Assembly: GCA_943787445.1 (NCBI GenBank) | Contig: CALSML010000017.1 | Span: forward strand, 20,137 to 84,136 | From: an uncultured Alphaproteobacteria bacterium | GTDB taxonomy: Bacteria; Pseudomonadota; Alphaproteobacteria; UBA6615 | Reading direction: 5' to 3' | DNA length: 64,000 nucleotides | Shown here: positions 11,987-23,218 of the stretch, in pieces | How positions within the stretch are numbered: position 1 is the stretch's first letter | How the letters are laid out: each line of letters opens with the position of its first letter | Translations under genes and position numbers: made by a program | Notes under the pieces: generated by a model | The model's input: only the letters and a program-made list of their open reading frames with translations | Told to the model about the DNA's origin: nothing | The model's database searches: none

Positions 11987-12619
11987 TTACGCTTCGATAG
12001 GCCATTGTCCCGCCTGACGCAATCGTGTCGCGGCGGCCGGATGCGGTTTGATGCGCAAATATACCCAGGCAGGTGGTGCGGCATCCGCAAGAACTCTGGC
12101 CGCACTGGCCGGAAAACGTGCGCCCCGAAAGCGCTGTGCCGCACGCCCGGACAATGCAACGGAATCATAGGAATCGCGGGCGAAGACGGCAATGGGGACC
12201 GTGTGAAATATTTTTGACCAGTCCAGCCAATGCGGAATCTGGGCCAGATTGTCGGCCCCCATCAACCACACGAATCGTGCCGCCGGATAGCGTTGCCCCA
12301 GCATTTGCAGGGTGTCCGCCGTGTATCGCGTGCCCATTTCCACTTCCAGCGTCGACACATGAATACGCGGATGCTGCGCAACCGCGCGCGCATGGGACAG
12401 GCGACGGGCAAAGGACGCCATCCCCGACTCTGACTTCAGCGGGTTCTGCGGCGAGACAAGCCACCACACCTCGTCGAGACCAAGACGTTTGATCGCCTCG
12501 AGACTGATATAGCGATGACCGTTATGGGCCGGGTTGAACGACCCGCCCAGCAATCCGATACGTCTGTTGCGATGTGCAAACGCCCCGGTCTGGCCGGAAA
12601 AGACCATGCTATCAGTCAT
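11987..12619 (-). CDS. nadD: nicotinate-nucleotide adenylyltransferase
   Basis: GGSFNPAHNGH nucleotidyltransferase motif; start taken at the first ATG downstream of the proA stop. Confidence 0.88.
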   Translation of the reverse strand: MTDSMVFSGQTGAFAHRNRRIGLLGGSFNPAHNGHRYISLEAIKRLGLDEVWWLVSPQNPLKSESGMASFARRLSHARAVAQHPRIHVSTLEVEMGTRYTADTLQMLGQRYPAARFVWLMGADNLAQIPHWLDWSKIFHTVPIAVFARDSYDSVALSGRAAQRFRGARFPASAARVLADAAPPAWVYLRIKPHPAAATRLRQAGQWPIEA

Positions 12620-12635
12620 CGCGGTGCTGCCAAAA

Positions 12636-13922
12636 TCAGGGTCGCACCTGACCAGCGCCGCGCACGACATATTTGTAGCTGGTCAGTTGTTCTGCCCCCA
12701 CAGGGCCGCGTGCGTGCATCTTTCCGGTCGAAATCCCGATTTCCGCCCCCATGCCGAACTCCCCGCCATCCGCAAACTGCGTCGACGCATTGTGCAGCAC
12801 AATTCCGCTATCGACCCGGCTCAGGAAGCGTTCCGCAGCGACGGCATCGGCGGTCACGATCGCATCCGTATGGTTCGATCCATGGGTGTTCACATGATCG
12901 ATTGCCGCCTCCACATCCTCGACAACGCGCACCGCAACGATGGCATCAAGATACTCTGTATCCCAATCGGCATCACTGGCCGGAACGATACGTGCATCGA
13001 TGTCCCGCGCGGCCGCATCTCCACGAATTTCGCAGCCCGCAGCCGAAAGGTCGTCAACCATCGCGCCAAGCAGTTCACCGGCGATCCCGCGATCAATCAG
13101 AACCGTCTCGGTCGCACCGCAGATCCCGGTTCGGCGCATCTTCGCATTAAGCACAATGTCGCGCGCCATCTGCGGATCGGCCTTTGCGTGAACATAGGTG
13201 TGACAAAGCCCCTCCAGATGCGCAAAGACGGGAATCCGGCTTTCGCTCTGAACCCGCTCAATCAGCGATTTGCCGCCCCGGGGTACGATCACATCGACGA
13301 ATTCCGTCATCCGCAGCAATGCACCGACCGCCTCCCGATCCGTGGTCGGCGGGGCCTGTACCGCGGCCTCTGGCAGACCGGCCGCGCGCAAACCATCCTG
13401 CAAACAGGAGAGGATCATCCGCGACGATTCAAAACTCTCCGACCCGCCACGCAGGATTGCTGCGTTTCCCGCCTTGACGCACAGACCGCCGGCATCGGCG
13501 GTCACATTCGGGCGTGACTCATAGATCACACCGATGACACCCAGCGGCACCCGGACACGCGCGATTTTCAGTCCGTTGGGACGCTCCCATTCGGCCAGAA
13601 CAGTCCCGATCGGATCGGGCAGTGCCGCAACCTCCTCCAGACCACGGGCCATGGCTTCGACCCGGTCGTCGTCGAGAACCAGCCGGTCGAGAAACGAGCC
13701 CTTCACGCCATTGGCTTCAGCCGCAGCCACATCCCTGGCATTGGCCGCCAGAATTTCGGCCTTGCGCGCGCGTACTGCCGCTGCCGCCGCATGCAAAGCT
13801 GCGTTCTTGGACTCCTCGGTTGCACTGGCAAGCTCGAGCGCTGCGGATTTCGCCGCGTGACCGATCCCATTCATCATGTCGTGGATTTCATGGTCCGCCG
13901 ACAAATCATGTGCTGCTGTCAT
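12636..13922 (-). CDS. proA: glutamate-5-semialdehyde dehydrogenase (gamma-glutamyl phosphate reductase)
   Basis: 428-aa intact ORF with aldehyde-dehydrogenase-like ProA sequence ([21 protein letters not shown]); conserved neighbourhood with proB and obg. Confidence 0.93.
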   Translation of the reverse strand: MTAAHDLSADHEIHDMMNGIGHAAKSAALELASATEESKNAALHAAAAAVRARKAEILAANARDVAAAEANGVKGSFLDRLVLDDDRVEAMARGLEEVAALPDPIGTVLAEWERPNGLKIARVRVPLGVIGVIYESRPNVTADAGGLCVKAGNAAILRGGSESFESSRMILSCLQDGLRAAGLPEAAVQAPPTTDREAVGALLRMTEFVDVIVPRGGKSLIERVQSESRIPVFAHLEGLCHTYVHAKADPQMARDIVLNAKMRRTGICGATETVLIDRGIAGELLGAMVDDLSAAGCEIRGDAAARDIDARIVPASDADWDTEYLDAIVAVRVVEDVEAAIDHVNTHGSNHTDAIVTADAVAAERFLSRVDSGIVLHNASTQFADGGEFGMGAEIGISTGKMHARGPVGAEQLTSYKYVVRGAGQVRP

Positions 13923-13982
13923 TGCTCTTCTCCGACCTTCATCGGTCCCTGAGGGAGACGATAGTCAATCCGCCCCCGAAAT

Positions 13983-14741
13983 TCACCCTGTTTGCACCCG
14001 ATCGTTCATGCGTTCCGCGCCTACACCCAGATAGATCGCCCCCAAAATCAGGACGCCGCCGATCACCGTCTCCCATCCGAATCCCTCGCGAAAATAGACC
14101 CAGCCAAACGCGGCACTGAGGATCGGTTCCGCCAGCAGCAACAGGGCCAGCAACATCGGCGATATCGCCCGGACAGCCAAGTTGAAACCGGAATGCCCGA
14201 TCACCTGACTGACCAGCCCCAGCGCCACAAGAGCGAAATAGGTCTCTGCAGAGAACCCGGCAACCGCCAATCCCATACCGGAAACCGGTACCCACAGCAG
14301 AATCGCCGCTCCGGCATAGACCAGAGCGACAAATGTCAGCAGGCCGACACTGCGACGAACATCCTCGGCAACAATGAAGAAGGCCGCAAAGAACAACCCG
14401 CCCACAAGCGCCAGCCCGTCTCCGAGCAGTGTCTGCATGCCCACCTGCAGACTACCTCAGGCCATGATCGCGCTGCCGCACACCGCCAGCGCCAGCCAGA
14501 CCGGGGTCAGGTTGACCAGCACCACCGAATTCGCAATCGACGTACGCTGAACGCCTTCGATCCATGTGCCGAAGTGCGGCGCCAGAAAGAGCGCGCCGAC
14601 CCCCATCAGAGCCAACTGGCGCTGCGAAAGCCCGCATATCTCCGCCCATGAGGACAGCACAGCGACGGGCAAGAGCACGGCGCTGGCGATCAGCAGAACC
14701 GAGCTATAGAGCAATCGGCCGGGGGACCCCATGTCGGACAT
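13983..14741 (-). pseudogene. EamA/DMT family transporter interrupted by an in-frame TGA
   Basis: ORFs 14457-14741 and 13983-14444 are in the same frame, separated by TGA at 14457-14459 (AIMA-TGA-GSLQVGMQ). Multi-TM, with an EamA-like C-terminal half (LLLLAEPILSAAFGWVYFRE). Confidence 0.6.
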
Positions 14742-14749
14742 GAGATCAC

Positions 14750-15872
14750 TCAGCTCTCGACCAAATCGTCGCGATGAATCATTTCCTCGCGGCCGCGATA
14801 ACCCAGAATGCCCTCGATCTCCTCGGACCGACGCCCCAAGATAAGGCGTGCATCCTCACAGCCATAAGCCACCAATCCGCGGGCGATTTCCGTTCCTTCT
14901 GCATCCGTGACCACAACCGGGTCACCCCGCTGAAAGGTTCCCTGTATGTCGGTCACGCCAGCCGGCAGCAGGCTTTTGCCTCGCGCCAACGCCGCAGCGG
15001 CACCGGCATCCACGACAATGCTCCCGACAGGGTTCAGCGAACCGGCAATCCAGCGCTTGCGCGATGTTTGCGGTTCGCCCTGGGGCAGAAACCACGTCGC
15101 CTGCTCGCCACCCGCAAGCCGCCGGAGCGGGTGCAGGTCACGGCCATCGGAAATCACCATGCGGCAGCCGGCCTGCATGGCAACACGCGCGGCTTCGATC
15201 TTCGTGATCATGCCGCCCGAGCCGTCATCCCCGGCCGTCTCCCCGGCCATCGCTTCGATGTCGGGGGTGATCGCATTGACCTGAGCGATATGCTCGGCCG
15301 AATTGTCCTGAGTCGGATCGTCCGTATAGAGCCCGTCGATATCCGAGAGCAGAACACACGTGTCGGCTTCCATCATCTGGGCCACACGCGCGGCCAGGCG
15401 ATCATTGTCACCAAACCGGATCTCTTCGGTGGCCACCGTATCGTTTTCATTGATCACCGGCACCACCCCCAGACGCAGCAATGTCGCAATGGTGTTGCGG
15501 GCATTGAGATGTCGCCGCCGGTCTTCCGTATCATCCGTGGTCAGGAGGATCTGCGCGACAGAGACATCATGACGCGCCAGTGCATTCTGCCACGCATGGG
15601 CCAGCTGGACCTGTCCCGTGGCCGCCGCGGCCTGACTCTCATCCAGCCGCAGGACCCGGTTGCGGGGGTCCGCGGGCAAGACCGAGCACACGCCGTCCCA
15701 CGGCGATCGCACCGGAGGACACAACCATGACCTCCGCACCGGAATGACGGAGCGCAGCGATATCCTGTGCCAGCGCATCAAGCCAGTCCGTGCGCAACTG
15801 ACCGTCATCCATGGCCAGAAGCGCTGACCCGACCTTCACGACAAGCCGTTTGCTGTCTGCGAGATTGGTCAC
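14750..15872 (-). pseudogene. proB: glutamate 5-kinase, one frame break (probably a sequence error)
   Basis: N-terminal piece 15639-15872 (RLVVKVGSALL, VVSSGAIAVGRRVLGL) and C-terminal piece within 14750-15808 (LDESQAAAATGQVQLAHAW plus PUA-like end). Removing one base from the G-run 15674-15676 joins them. Confidence 0.9.
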
Positions 15873-16937
15873 GAGACAGCCTCCGAAGAGTCGTCCTCTT
15901 TGTAGATGGACCGGTCCCGGTCGATACCAGCATCCGTATCTCGCGCGTCGTTGATCACCAGGCGCAGCGCCCGCAACGCTTCAACCACATTGTTCCGCGC
16001 CACGGCAGACAACGCCATGACAGCGCCATCGACATGAGGGGCAAGCGCGGCCCGACAGGTCGCGAGATCCTCTTCAGAAATCGCATCGCACTTGCTCAGG
16101 GCGACAATCTCCGGCTTCTCGCCCAGACCACCATCATAGGCAGTCAGTTCGGCGCGCACGGTTCTGTACGCCTCGACAACCGCTTCGGGTCCCAGCGTGG
16201 GATCAATCAGATGCAGCAGAACACGGCAGCGTTCCACATGGCCCAGGAACCGGTCACCCAGACCGCGCCCTTCATGGGCCCCCTCAATCAGGCCGGGAAT
16301 ATCGGCCAGCACGAAGGCCTCATCGTCGCTCTCGACGACGCCCAGGGCAGGATGCAGGGTCGTGAAGGGATAATCGGCGATCTTGGGCTTTGCGGCACTG
16401 ACGGCAGACAGGAAGGTCGACTTCCCGGCATTGGGCAGGCCAACCAGCCCGGCATCCGCAATCAGTTTCAGGCGCAGCCAGACCCACATCTCCTGGGCAT
16501 CACCACCGGTATCTGCCCGACGGGGTGCCTGATTGGTCGCGCTTTTGAAATGGATATTGCCCCGGCCACCCTCGCCGCCCTTGAGCAGGACAACGCGCTG
16601 GCCCACCGCGATCAGATCGGCAATCAGAGTTTCACCATCTTCAGCGAAAATCTGCGTTCCCATTGGCAGCTTCAGAGTCGCATCCTCACCACCACGTCCA
16701 TAGCGGGCCTTGCCCATACCATCAGAACCGCGGTCGGCTTTGAAATGCTGCTGATATCGGAAATCGATCAGGGTGTTCAGACCGTCCACACATTCGGCCG
16801 TAACATCGCCGCCACGACCGCCATCGCCACCATCGGGACCCACCCATGGGAACATTGGCTTCACGCCGAAAGCTGACGCAGCCCGTTGCCACCGGCGCCG
16901 GAACGTAGAAAAACCTTAGCCTGATCAAGAAATTTCA
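15869..16937 (-). pseudogene. obg: GTPase Obg/CgtA, two frame breaks near the 5' end (probably sequence errors)
   Basis: ATG at 16937 gives [20 protein letters not shown] second frame then gives [14 protein letters not shown], and the main ORF 15869-16864 follows with [13 protein letters not shown] and G1 motif GLPNAGKST. Extra bases in the C-runs at 16882-16884 and 16839-16841 explain both shifts. Confidence 0.92.
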
Positions 16938-16950
16938 TAATACGGTTCCA

Positions 16951-16988
16951 GAACGAAAAACGGGGAGATCGGCTAGCCAATCTCCCCG
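16951..16988 (-). terminator. rho-independent terminator/attenuator between rpmA and obg
   Basis: 9-bp GC-rich stem (16961-16969 pairs with 16980-16988), followed on the minus strand by a TTTTT run (complement of 16955-16959). Confidence 0.6.
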
Positions 16989-17012
16989 AATAAAACGGTC
17001 TATTGGAAAGCC

Positions 17013-17288
17013 CTATTCGGCTGCAATCGCCATGTCGGTCGGCACCACCGATACGAAGGTCCGGCCACCGCGACCGCGGGTGAACTCAACCTTGCCTTCG
17101 CTCACCGCGAAGATCGTGTGATCCTTGCCAATACCGACATTCTCACCGGGATGAAACTTGGTGCCGCGCTGACGCACGAGAATGTTTCCGGAGATGACTG
17201 ACTCGCCGCCGAACTTTTTGACGCCGAGGCGACGGCCTGCTGAATCGCGGCCGTTCCGTGAACTACCACCTGCTTTTTTATGTGCCAT
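17013..17288 (-). CDS. rpmA: 50S ribosomal protein L27
   Basis: 91-aa ORF starting [28 protein letters not shown]. Confidence 0.97.
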   Translation of the reverse strand: MAHKKAGGSSRNGRDSAGRRLGVKKFGGESVISGNILVRQRGTKFHPGENVGIGKDHTIFAVSEGKVEFTRGRGGRTFVSVVPTDMAIAAE

Positions 17289-17294
17289 CTCGAA

Positions 17295-17706
17295 CTACTC
17301 CTTGTCTTCGCTCGCAGCGTCTTCAGCCGGAGCCGCATCTGCTTTCGCAGCAGCCGGCTTCTTCTTCACCGCTGCCTTTTTCTTGGTCGCCGGTTTCCCG
17401 GTCACATCGAGCACCGCGCAGAACGGTCAGTTCCTGACGGTGGCCCATGGTACGACGATAACCCTGACGGCGCTTTTTCTTGAACACCACGATCTTGTCA
17501 CCACGGGTCTGCTCGACCACTTCAGCGGTAACCGAGGCGCCCTCGATGACCGGCGCGCCAATCTGGGTCGCCTTGCCATCATTGACCATCAGCACCGGCT
17601 CGATCGCCAGCGTGCTTCCGGCATCGCCTCCAAGCTTTTCGACGGTGATCACATCGCCATTGGCAACACGATACTGTTTTCCGCCGGTTTGAATAACTGC
17701 GTACAT
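17295..17706 (-). pseudogene. rplU: 50S ribosomal protein L21, one frame break near the 3' end (probably a sequence error)
   Basis: [25 protein letters not shown] through [10 protein letters not shown] is canonical L21. After an extra base at 17414-17415 the correct frame continues [39 protein letters not shown] and stops at 17295-17297, 6 nt before rpmA. Confidence 0.93.
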
Positions 17707-17995
17707 GATTCAAATCCGTTCAATCACGACAAACGCGCCGCACACCGGGTGGGCTGCAAATGCCAAAAGTTCCTGCAAAAACAAGGCGAACCGCGAATTA
17801 CTCCAGCGATCCGTCGAGTGTGGGCGGACTATACGCCGCCAGCGTCCGGTGTCAACAGCCGAAACAGCGCGATTGTTGACGATTTTCTCCCACCCAGAGC
17901 GGGTTGCAGGCAGGTGAGCACGTGCGGTAGAACCCCTGCGCTCACGCGTATCGTGAGCCCGTTCGCGATATTGGCAACAAAATCGCACGATCGGC

Positions 17996-18085
17996 GGAGG
18001 GGTGCCGGAGTGGTTGAACGGGGCAGTCTCGAAAACTGTTGAGCGTGTAAGCGTTCCGAGAGTTCGAATCTCTCTCCCTCCGCCA
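17996..18085 (+). tRNA. tRNA-Ser (anticodon CGA)
   Basis: Hand-folded cloverleaf: acceptor GGAGGGG pairs with TCCCTCC, anticodon loop CTCGAAA, long variable arm, T-arm GAGAGTTCGAATCTCTC, discriminator G and an encoded CCA. Confidence 0.9.
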
Positions 18086-18101
18086 TTCTTGCCCCAAACC
18101 G

Positions 18102-19238
18102 CTACTCCTTGAATGTCACGCCGTTTTCCGCGCGCCAGGCGATCGTTATATCGAGGGTCGCAAAGGGACTGATCATCTCCGGATCGAACGACACCGGGTC
18201 TTCACCGCACGCCAGCTTCCTTGGCCAATACGGATCTGCGAGTGCACCGCGGGCCATAGCCACAAGGTCGGCTTCGCCCGTTTCGAGAATCTGTTCAGCG
18301 TTTTCGGGCACTTCCAGCTTGCCGCAGGCGATGACGGGAATGCCGGAAAATTCCCTGGCCAGACCCGCCAGTGTGTGCCCGCTGCTGAATTCCTCGCTGA
18401 GCCCCTGATGGGTGCTGATATGCAAAAAATCCGCGCCGGTTCTGGTGAGCTCGGTAAAGATCGTGCGGGCATCCTCAATCCCGCCGCTCCATTTGTGATT
18501 GAAATCACTCGAGCGGCTCTGCGACAGACGCATCCCGGCCAGACCACGGCCAGCCACGCCACGCACCACCGCCGCCATGACCTCAAGATGGAACCGCAGG
18601 CGATTCTCCAGCGAACCGCCATATTCGTCAGTCCGGGTGTTCGTTTCCGGTGTCAGGAACTGCACGGGCAGATAGCCATTGGCGCCGTGGATTTCGACCC
18701 CATCAAATCCGGCCTCAATGGCATGGGCCGCCGCCGTTTCGTGAGACGCCACCACCGCTTTGATTTCGTCCCGCGACATTTCCCGCGGCATCCGGAACGG
18801 CCCCTTCCCGTAATAACGGGCCGCCATTTCACCTGCCGGCTGAACGGCAGACGGCGCGATTGTTTCGTCGGTAAAACGATTGTCCTGAACCAGTGCACCC
18901 GCATGCATGAGTTGCAGGACAATCCGCCCGCCTGCGTCGTGCACACTCTCGACAACCTGTCGCCAGCCCTCGACCTGTGCCGGCGTCACGATGCCCGGCT
19001 GATCGCGATATCCCTGGCTTTGCGCCAGATCCGTATAGGTGCCTTCGGTGATGATCAGTCCGAACCCGCCGCGCGCAAACTCGCTGTAATGCGCAGCCAT
19101 CTGGGCAGTCGGCACACCTTCGGGATCGGCGCTGATCCGGGTCATTGGCGCGACCACAGTCCGGTTCGGCAGTTCGAGCGCTCCCAGCGCGAACGGAGAG
19201 AGAATATGCGGCCAGCGGCCGTCGGTTGCCTTGCTCAT
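18102..19238 (-). CDS. NADH:flavin oxidoreductase (Old Yellow Enzyme family)
   Basis: 378-aa ORF; VVAPMTR near the N-terminus and FDGVEIHGANGYLPVQFL, typical OYE TIM-barrel motifs. Confidence 0.85.
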   Translation of the reverse strand: MSKATDGRWPHILSPFALGALELPNRTVVAPMTRISADPEGVPTAQMAAHYSEFARGGFGLIITEGTYTDLAQSQGYRDQPGIVTPAQVEGWRQVVESVHDAGGRIVLQLMHAGALVQDNRFTDETIAPSAVQPAGEMAARYYGKGPFRMPREMSRDEIKAVVASHETAAAHAIEAGFDGVEIHGANGYLPVQFLTPETNTRTDEYGGSLENRLRFHLEVMAAVVRGVAGRGLAGMRLSQSRSSDFNHKWSGGIEDARTIFTELTRTGADFLHISTHQGLSEEFSSGHTLAGLAREFSGIPVIACGKLEVPENAEQILETGEADLVAMARGALADPYWPRKLACGEDPVSFDPEMISPFATLDITIAWRAENGVTFKE

Positions 19239-19290
19239 CGGATACCTGACTTTCTGCTGCAGTAATGCAACTCACCTTAAAAAATTGGCC

Positions 19291-20448
19291 TTACGCCTTC
19301 TTCAGATGACGTACCACCCTGTCGCCACCCAGCGCCAGCAAACCCAGCACCAGCCCCCAGAATGCCGAACCGACCCCAAACAAGGAAAGACCGGATGCCG
19401 TCGCCGTGATTGTCAGCACCGCGGGAAAGCGTGTCGCCTCGGGACCGAGCGCCGCACTCAGCGCCCCCATCAAGGGACCTATCAGGGCCAGACCCGCGAC
19501 GGTGATGATCACCCCTGCCGGAAGCGCGGCAAACCCGGCCACAACGGACACACCGATCGCCGCGAGCACCAGATAGATACCCCCATAGAGCACGCCGGCC
19601 ATCCAGCGTTTGGCAGGATCGGGATGGGTCTCCGGTCCGGTGCACAGAGCCGCCGTGATGGCAGCCATTGTCGTGGTGTGGGATCCGAACAAGGCTGTCA
19701 CGAACGAGGCCAGCCCCGTCGCAGCCAGAGCTGACCGCACCGGGGGCACATACCCGACGGTTCGAAGCACGGCGAATCCAGGCAAATTCTGCGAGGCCAT
19801 GGACACCAGAAACAGCGGCATACCCAGACCAAGCAATGCGGCAGGATCGAAAACGGGAGGCACAAACTCCCACTGGGTGATCGACACGCTGCCGGCATTC
19901 TTGCCGAGAACAGCCGCCCAGCCTACGCCTGCAACCAGAACCGCGATCACCGCCCAGGTGGCACTGACCAGACGCACCAGCAGAAAGGCAGCGAGCAGCG
20001 GCAGCACCAGCAACGGATCAGCCGTCGCTTCATCGAACACGGCAATCGAGAACCCGATCAGCACACCGGCCAGCATCGCTGCAGCGATGGCGCCCGGGAT
20101 TCGGGCGATCAGCTCCGTCAGGGGTTTCAGGGCAGCGCTGAACAGAATCAGAAGAGCGGCCAGCATGAACGCACCAACCGCAACCTCCATGCTGTAGCCC
20201 GGCACCCCCGCCACCGCCGTTGCCGCAATCAAGGCCGCCCCCGGTGTCGACCAGGCGGTCACCACTGGTATGCGATGAAAGAAGGACAGCGTGGCACTCG
20301 TCACCGCCACGGCAAGGCACATGGCACTGACTCACGATGCAGTCTGTGCCGGCGTGGCCCCCAGAGTCTGGGCACCGGACAGGACAATGGCGACGCTGCC
20401 GCCTAATCCCACCAGGACCGCCACCAGCGCCGAGCTGAACAAGGACAT
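19291..20448 (-). pseudogene. benzoate/H+ symporter BenE family transporter interrupted by an in-frame TGA
   Basis: ORF 19291-20322 is polytopic and BenE-like. The 38 codons from ATG 20448 (MSLFSSALVAVLVGLGGSVAIVLSGAQTLGATPAQTAS) are in the same frame, separated only by TGA at 20332-20334, at a position where I recall BenE-family proteins carrying Trp (not verified; TGG to TGA). Confidence 0.8.
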
Positions 20449-20574
20449 TCTCACAATGGAACCCACTTTCAATTATCAAGGCCGCATGTAGTCGCCACGC
20501 CGCAAGCGGAAATCTATGGAAATCGGAAATTGCGCTGTATTCTCGGATTTTCCGCGTCATGAGGCAAAGCAGCA

Positions 20575-22201
20575 GTGATGGACGAATTCGACTACATCAT
20601 CATCGGTGCCGGTTCGGCCGGTTCAGTGCTCGCCAATCGACTGACCGCAGCCGATGCCACAGTCTGCCTTCTCGAAGCCGGGCCACGCGATCGCAACCCG
20701 TTCATCCATATTCCCGCCGGCTTCATCAAGACCCTCACCAATCCCCGCGTGAACTGGCTGTTTCAGACCGAACCCGGCGAAGGCACTGCCGGACGTCCGA
20801 TTGCAACACCGCGCGGCAAGACGCTGGGCGGATCAAGCTCGATCAACGGGCATATCTACAATCGCGGGCAACGGCTCGATTTCGACACCTGGGCGCAGAT
20901 GGGAAATCGAGGCTGGAGCTTTGCGGATGTGCTGCCCTATTTCCAGCGCAGCGAGCGGCGAATCGGCGACGGTGACGATGCCTATCGCGGGCGCGATGGT
21001 GAGTTGGTCGTGACCGATACCGACAGGCCCGACCCGATCTGTGACGCTTTTATCGAAGGGGTTGCGAGCCTGGGCATCCCGCGCAGCGCCGACTACAACG
21101 GTGCCGTGCAGGAAGGTGTTGGCTATTTCCAGCGCACTATCCACAAGGGCCGGCGGATGAGCGCCGCGCGGGCGTTTCCTCGCTCCGGCACGGGGCCGTC
21201 CCAATCTCGACATCCGCACCGAAGCCAGTGTTTCCCGTATTCTGTTCGACGGAAAACGGGCGAGCGGTGTTCGCTACACCAGAAACGGCGCGGTGCAGGA
21301 TGTCAGCGCGAGACGCGAAGTTCTCCTTTGCGGCGGCGCGATTGCCTCTCCCCAAATCCTTCAGGTTTCCGGAATCGGCAATCCCGCTTTGCTGCGGGAC
21401 ATCAATGTCCCGGTGACCCATGCGCTTGCCGGCGGTTGGCGAAAATCTCTCGGATCACTACGGTGTACGGCTCGCAGCCCGGGTACGGAATGCCCGGACC
21501 ATCAATGAGCGTACACGCGGGCTGGCACTTGCCGGCGAAGTCGCAAAATACCTGCTCCTGCGCAAAGGCGTCCTGGCCCAATCCCCCGGTGTCGCGCTGG
21601 CGCTGTGCAAATCGCGCCCCAGCCTCGACCAACCGGACTTGCAGGTTATCTTTGCCCCGGCAAGCTACAAGGAAGACGCCGCCTATCAGCTCGATGATTT
21701 TCCGGGCATGACCATCGGTTCATGGCCGCATGCGTCCGGAGAGTCGCGGCTATGTGCGCGTGCGAAGTTCCGATCCCCGGGACGCCCCTGCCATCCAGCC
21801 CAATTACCTCGAGGCCGAGGCCGACCGCCGACTGATTGTGGAAAGCACGCGACTGGCGCGCAGGATGCTCCAGACCCCTGCACTTTCGAACTGGTACGAT
21901 CGGGAAACAACCCCCGGTGCCGCAGTGCAGAGTGAAGATGAGATTGCTCGACTATGCCCGCGCGCATGGCACCACCATTTTTCACCTGATGGGAAGTTGC
22001 AAAATGGGCCCCGAACACGACCCGAACGCGGTCGTCAGTGACGAATTGAAGGTGCACGGCATCGAATCTCTTCGCGTGGTGGATGCATCCGTCATCCCAA
22101 CTTCCCATTCTGCGAATACCAATGCAGCCACGATCATGATCGCCGAGAAAGCCGCCGACATGATCCTCGGCAATCCGCTCCTGCAACCTGCAATGGTGTA
22201 A
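20575..22201 (+). pseudogene. GMC family (choline dehydrogenase-like) oxidoreductase with about four frame breaks
   Basis: FDYIIIGAGSAGSVLANRL FAD motif at the N-terminus. The protein continues through ORF pieces 21293-21508, 21420-21935, 21730-22041 and 21836-22201 ([32 protein letters not shown]). Shifts are at 21175-21177, 21434-21435, about 21728 and about 21947. Confidence 0.85.
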
Positions 22202-22330
22202 GCAGAGATTTTGCACAGGCACGGTGCTCTAGGGGCTGTTCCTTGGCATTCTCCGCGTGTAACTTCGACCCCCTGAAATCACATTGCGCAGCACCGAACC
22301 AACGGTGGGGCAGGCAGGGGGGAGAAAATC

Positions 22331-23214
22331 ATGACTGAGACTCACTACGTGGCACCGCAGACGCTTGATGAGGCCGTGAGTGCCTATGTAGCCGGCGGCG
22401 ACACTGCCCGCATTCTGGCCGGCGGCACGGACCTTCTGGTGCAAATGCGCTGCCGGCATGGTTCAGCCCGGGCTGATCGTCGACATCAAGAAGATCGCCG
22501 AGACTCAACAGCGTCGACCGAAGCCGCCGATGGCGGATTTCTCGTCGGTGCGCTGCCGTCTCCGGCGCCGCGCTGGCTGGAAGCATCCGACGGTTCGGCA
22601 AGGTCTGGCCCGGCGTGCTCGAAGCGACTGAACCTGATCGGCTCCACACAGGTTCAGGGCCGCGCCTCCGCCGGCGGCAATCTGTGCAACGGCTCCCCGG
22701 CAGCCGACAGCCGTCCCGGCGATGCTCGCGGCCGGCGCCACGGTCACCCTGCAGGGCCCGAGCGGGCGCCGGCAGATGGCGGTGGCCGATGTCCCCGCCG
22801 GACCAGGGCCGTACCATCTCTGGCAGCCCGGCGAGGTTCTCGTCAGCTTCACCCTGCCGCCACGTCCTGCAGGGATCGAGCGATGCCTATCTGCGGATGA
22901 TCCCGCGTACCGAAATGGACATTGCCGTGGTCGGGGTCGGGATCAGCCTGACGATGGACAACGGAACCTGCACCGCCGCCCGGGTCGGACTGGGTGCCGT
23001 GGCACCGACGGTTCTGCTGGTTGAGGATGCCGCCAGGGCCCTGATCGGCTCAACCCTGGACGAAGCCGCTCTGGACGCCGCCGCGGCTGCCTGCAGCGCC
23101 GCCTGCAATCCGATCGATGACAAACGAGGCACCATTGCCTACCGCACAAAGGTTGCCGGCGTACTGCTCAAGCGCAGTGCCATGATCGCCGCCGACCGCG
23201 CCAAAGGGGTTTGA
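22331..23214 (+). pseudogene. molybdopterin hydroxylase FAD-binding (medium, CoxM-like) subunit with about seven frame breaks
   Basis: ILAGGTDLLVQMR, LIGSTQVQGRASAGGNLCNGSPAADS, MLAAGATVTLQGPSGRR and AYLRMIPRTEMDIAVVGVG through DDKRGTIAYRTKVAGVLLKR can only be read by switching among all three frames (pieces 22331-22900, 22722-23024, 22615-23214). Confidence 0.8.
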
Positions 23215-23218
23215 GACC

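Noticed and set aside
14457-20334. Reassigned genetic code or selenocysteine at the two in-frame TGA codons
   Set aside because: TGA clearly terminates other genes in the window (for example at 5899-5901, 26680-26682 and 45620-45622). I saw no SECIS-like hairpin directly downstream and no selA/selB/selD genes. Two isolated nonsense changes are more parsimonious.
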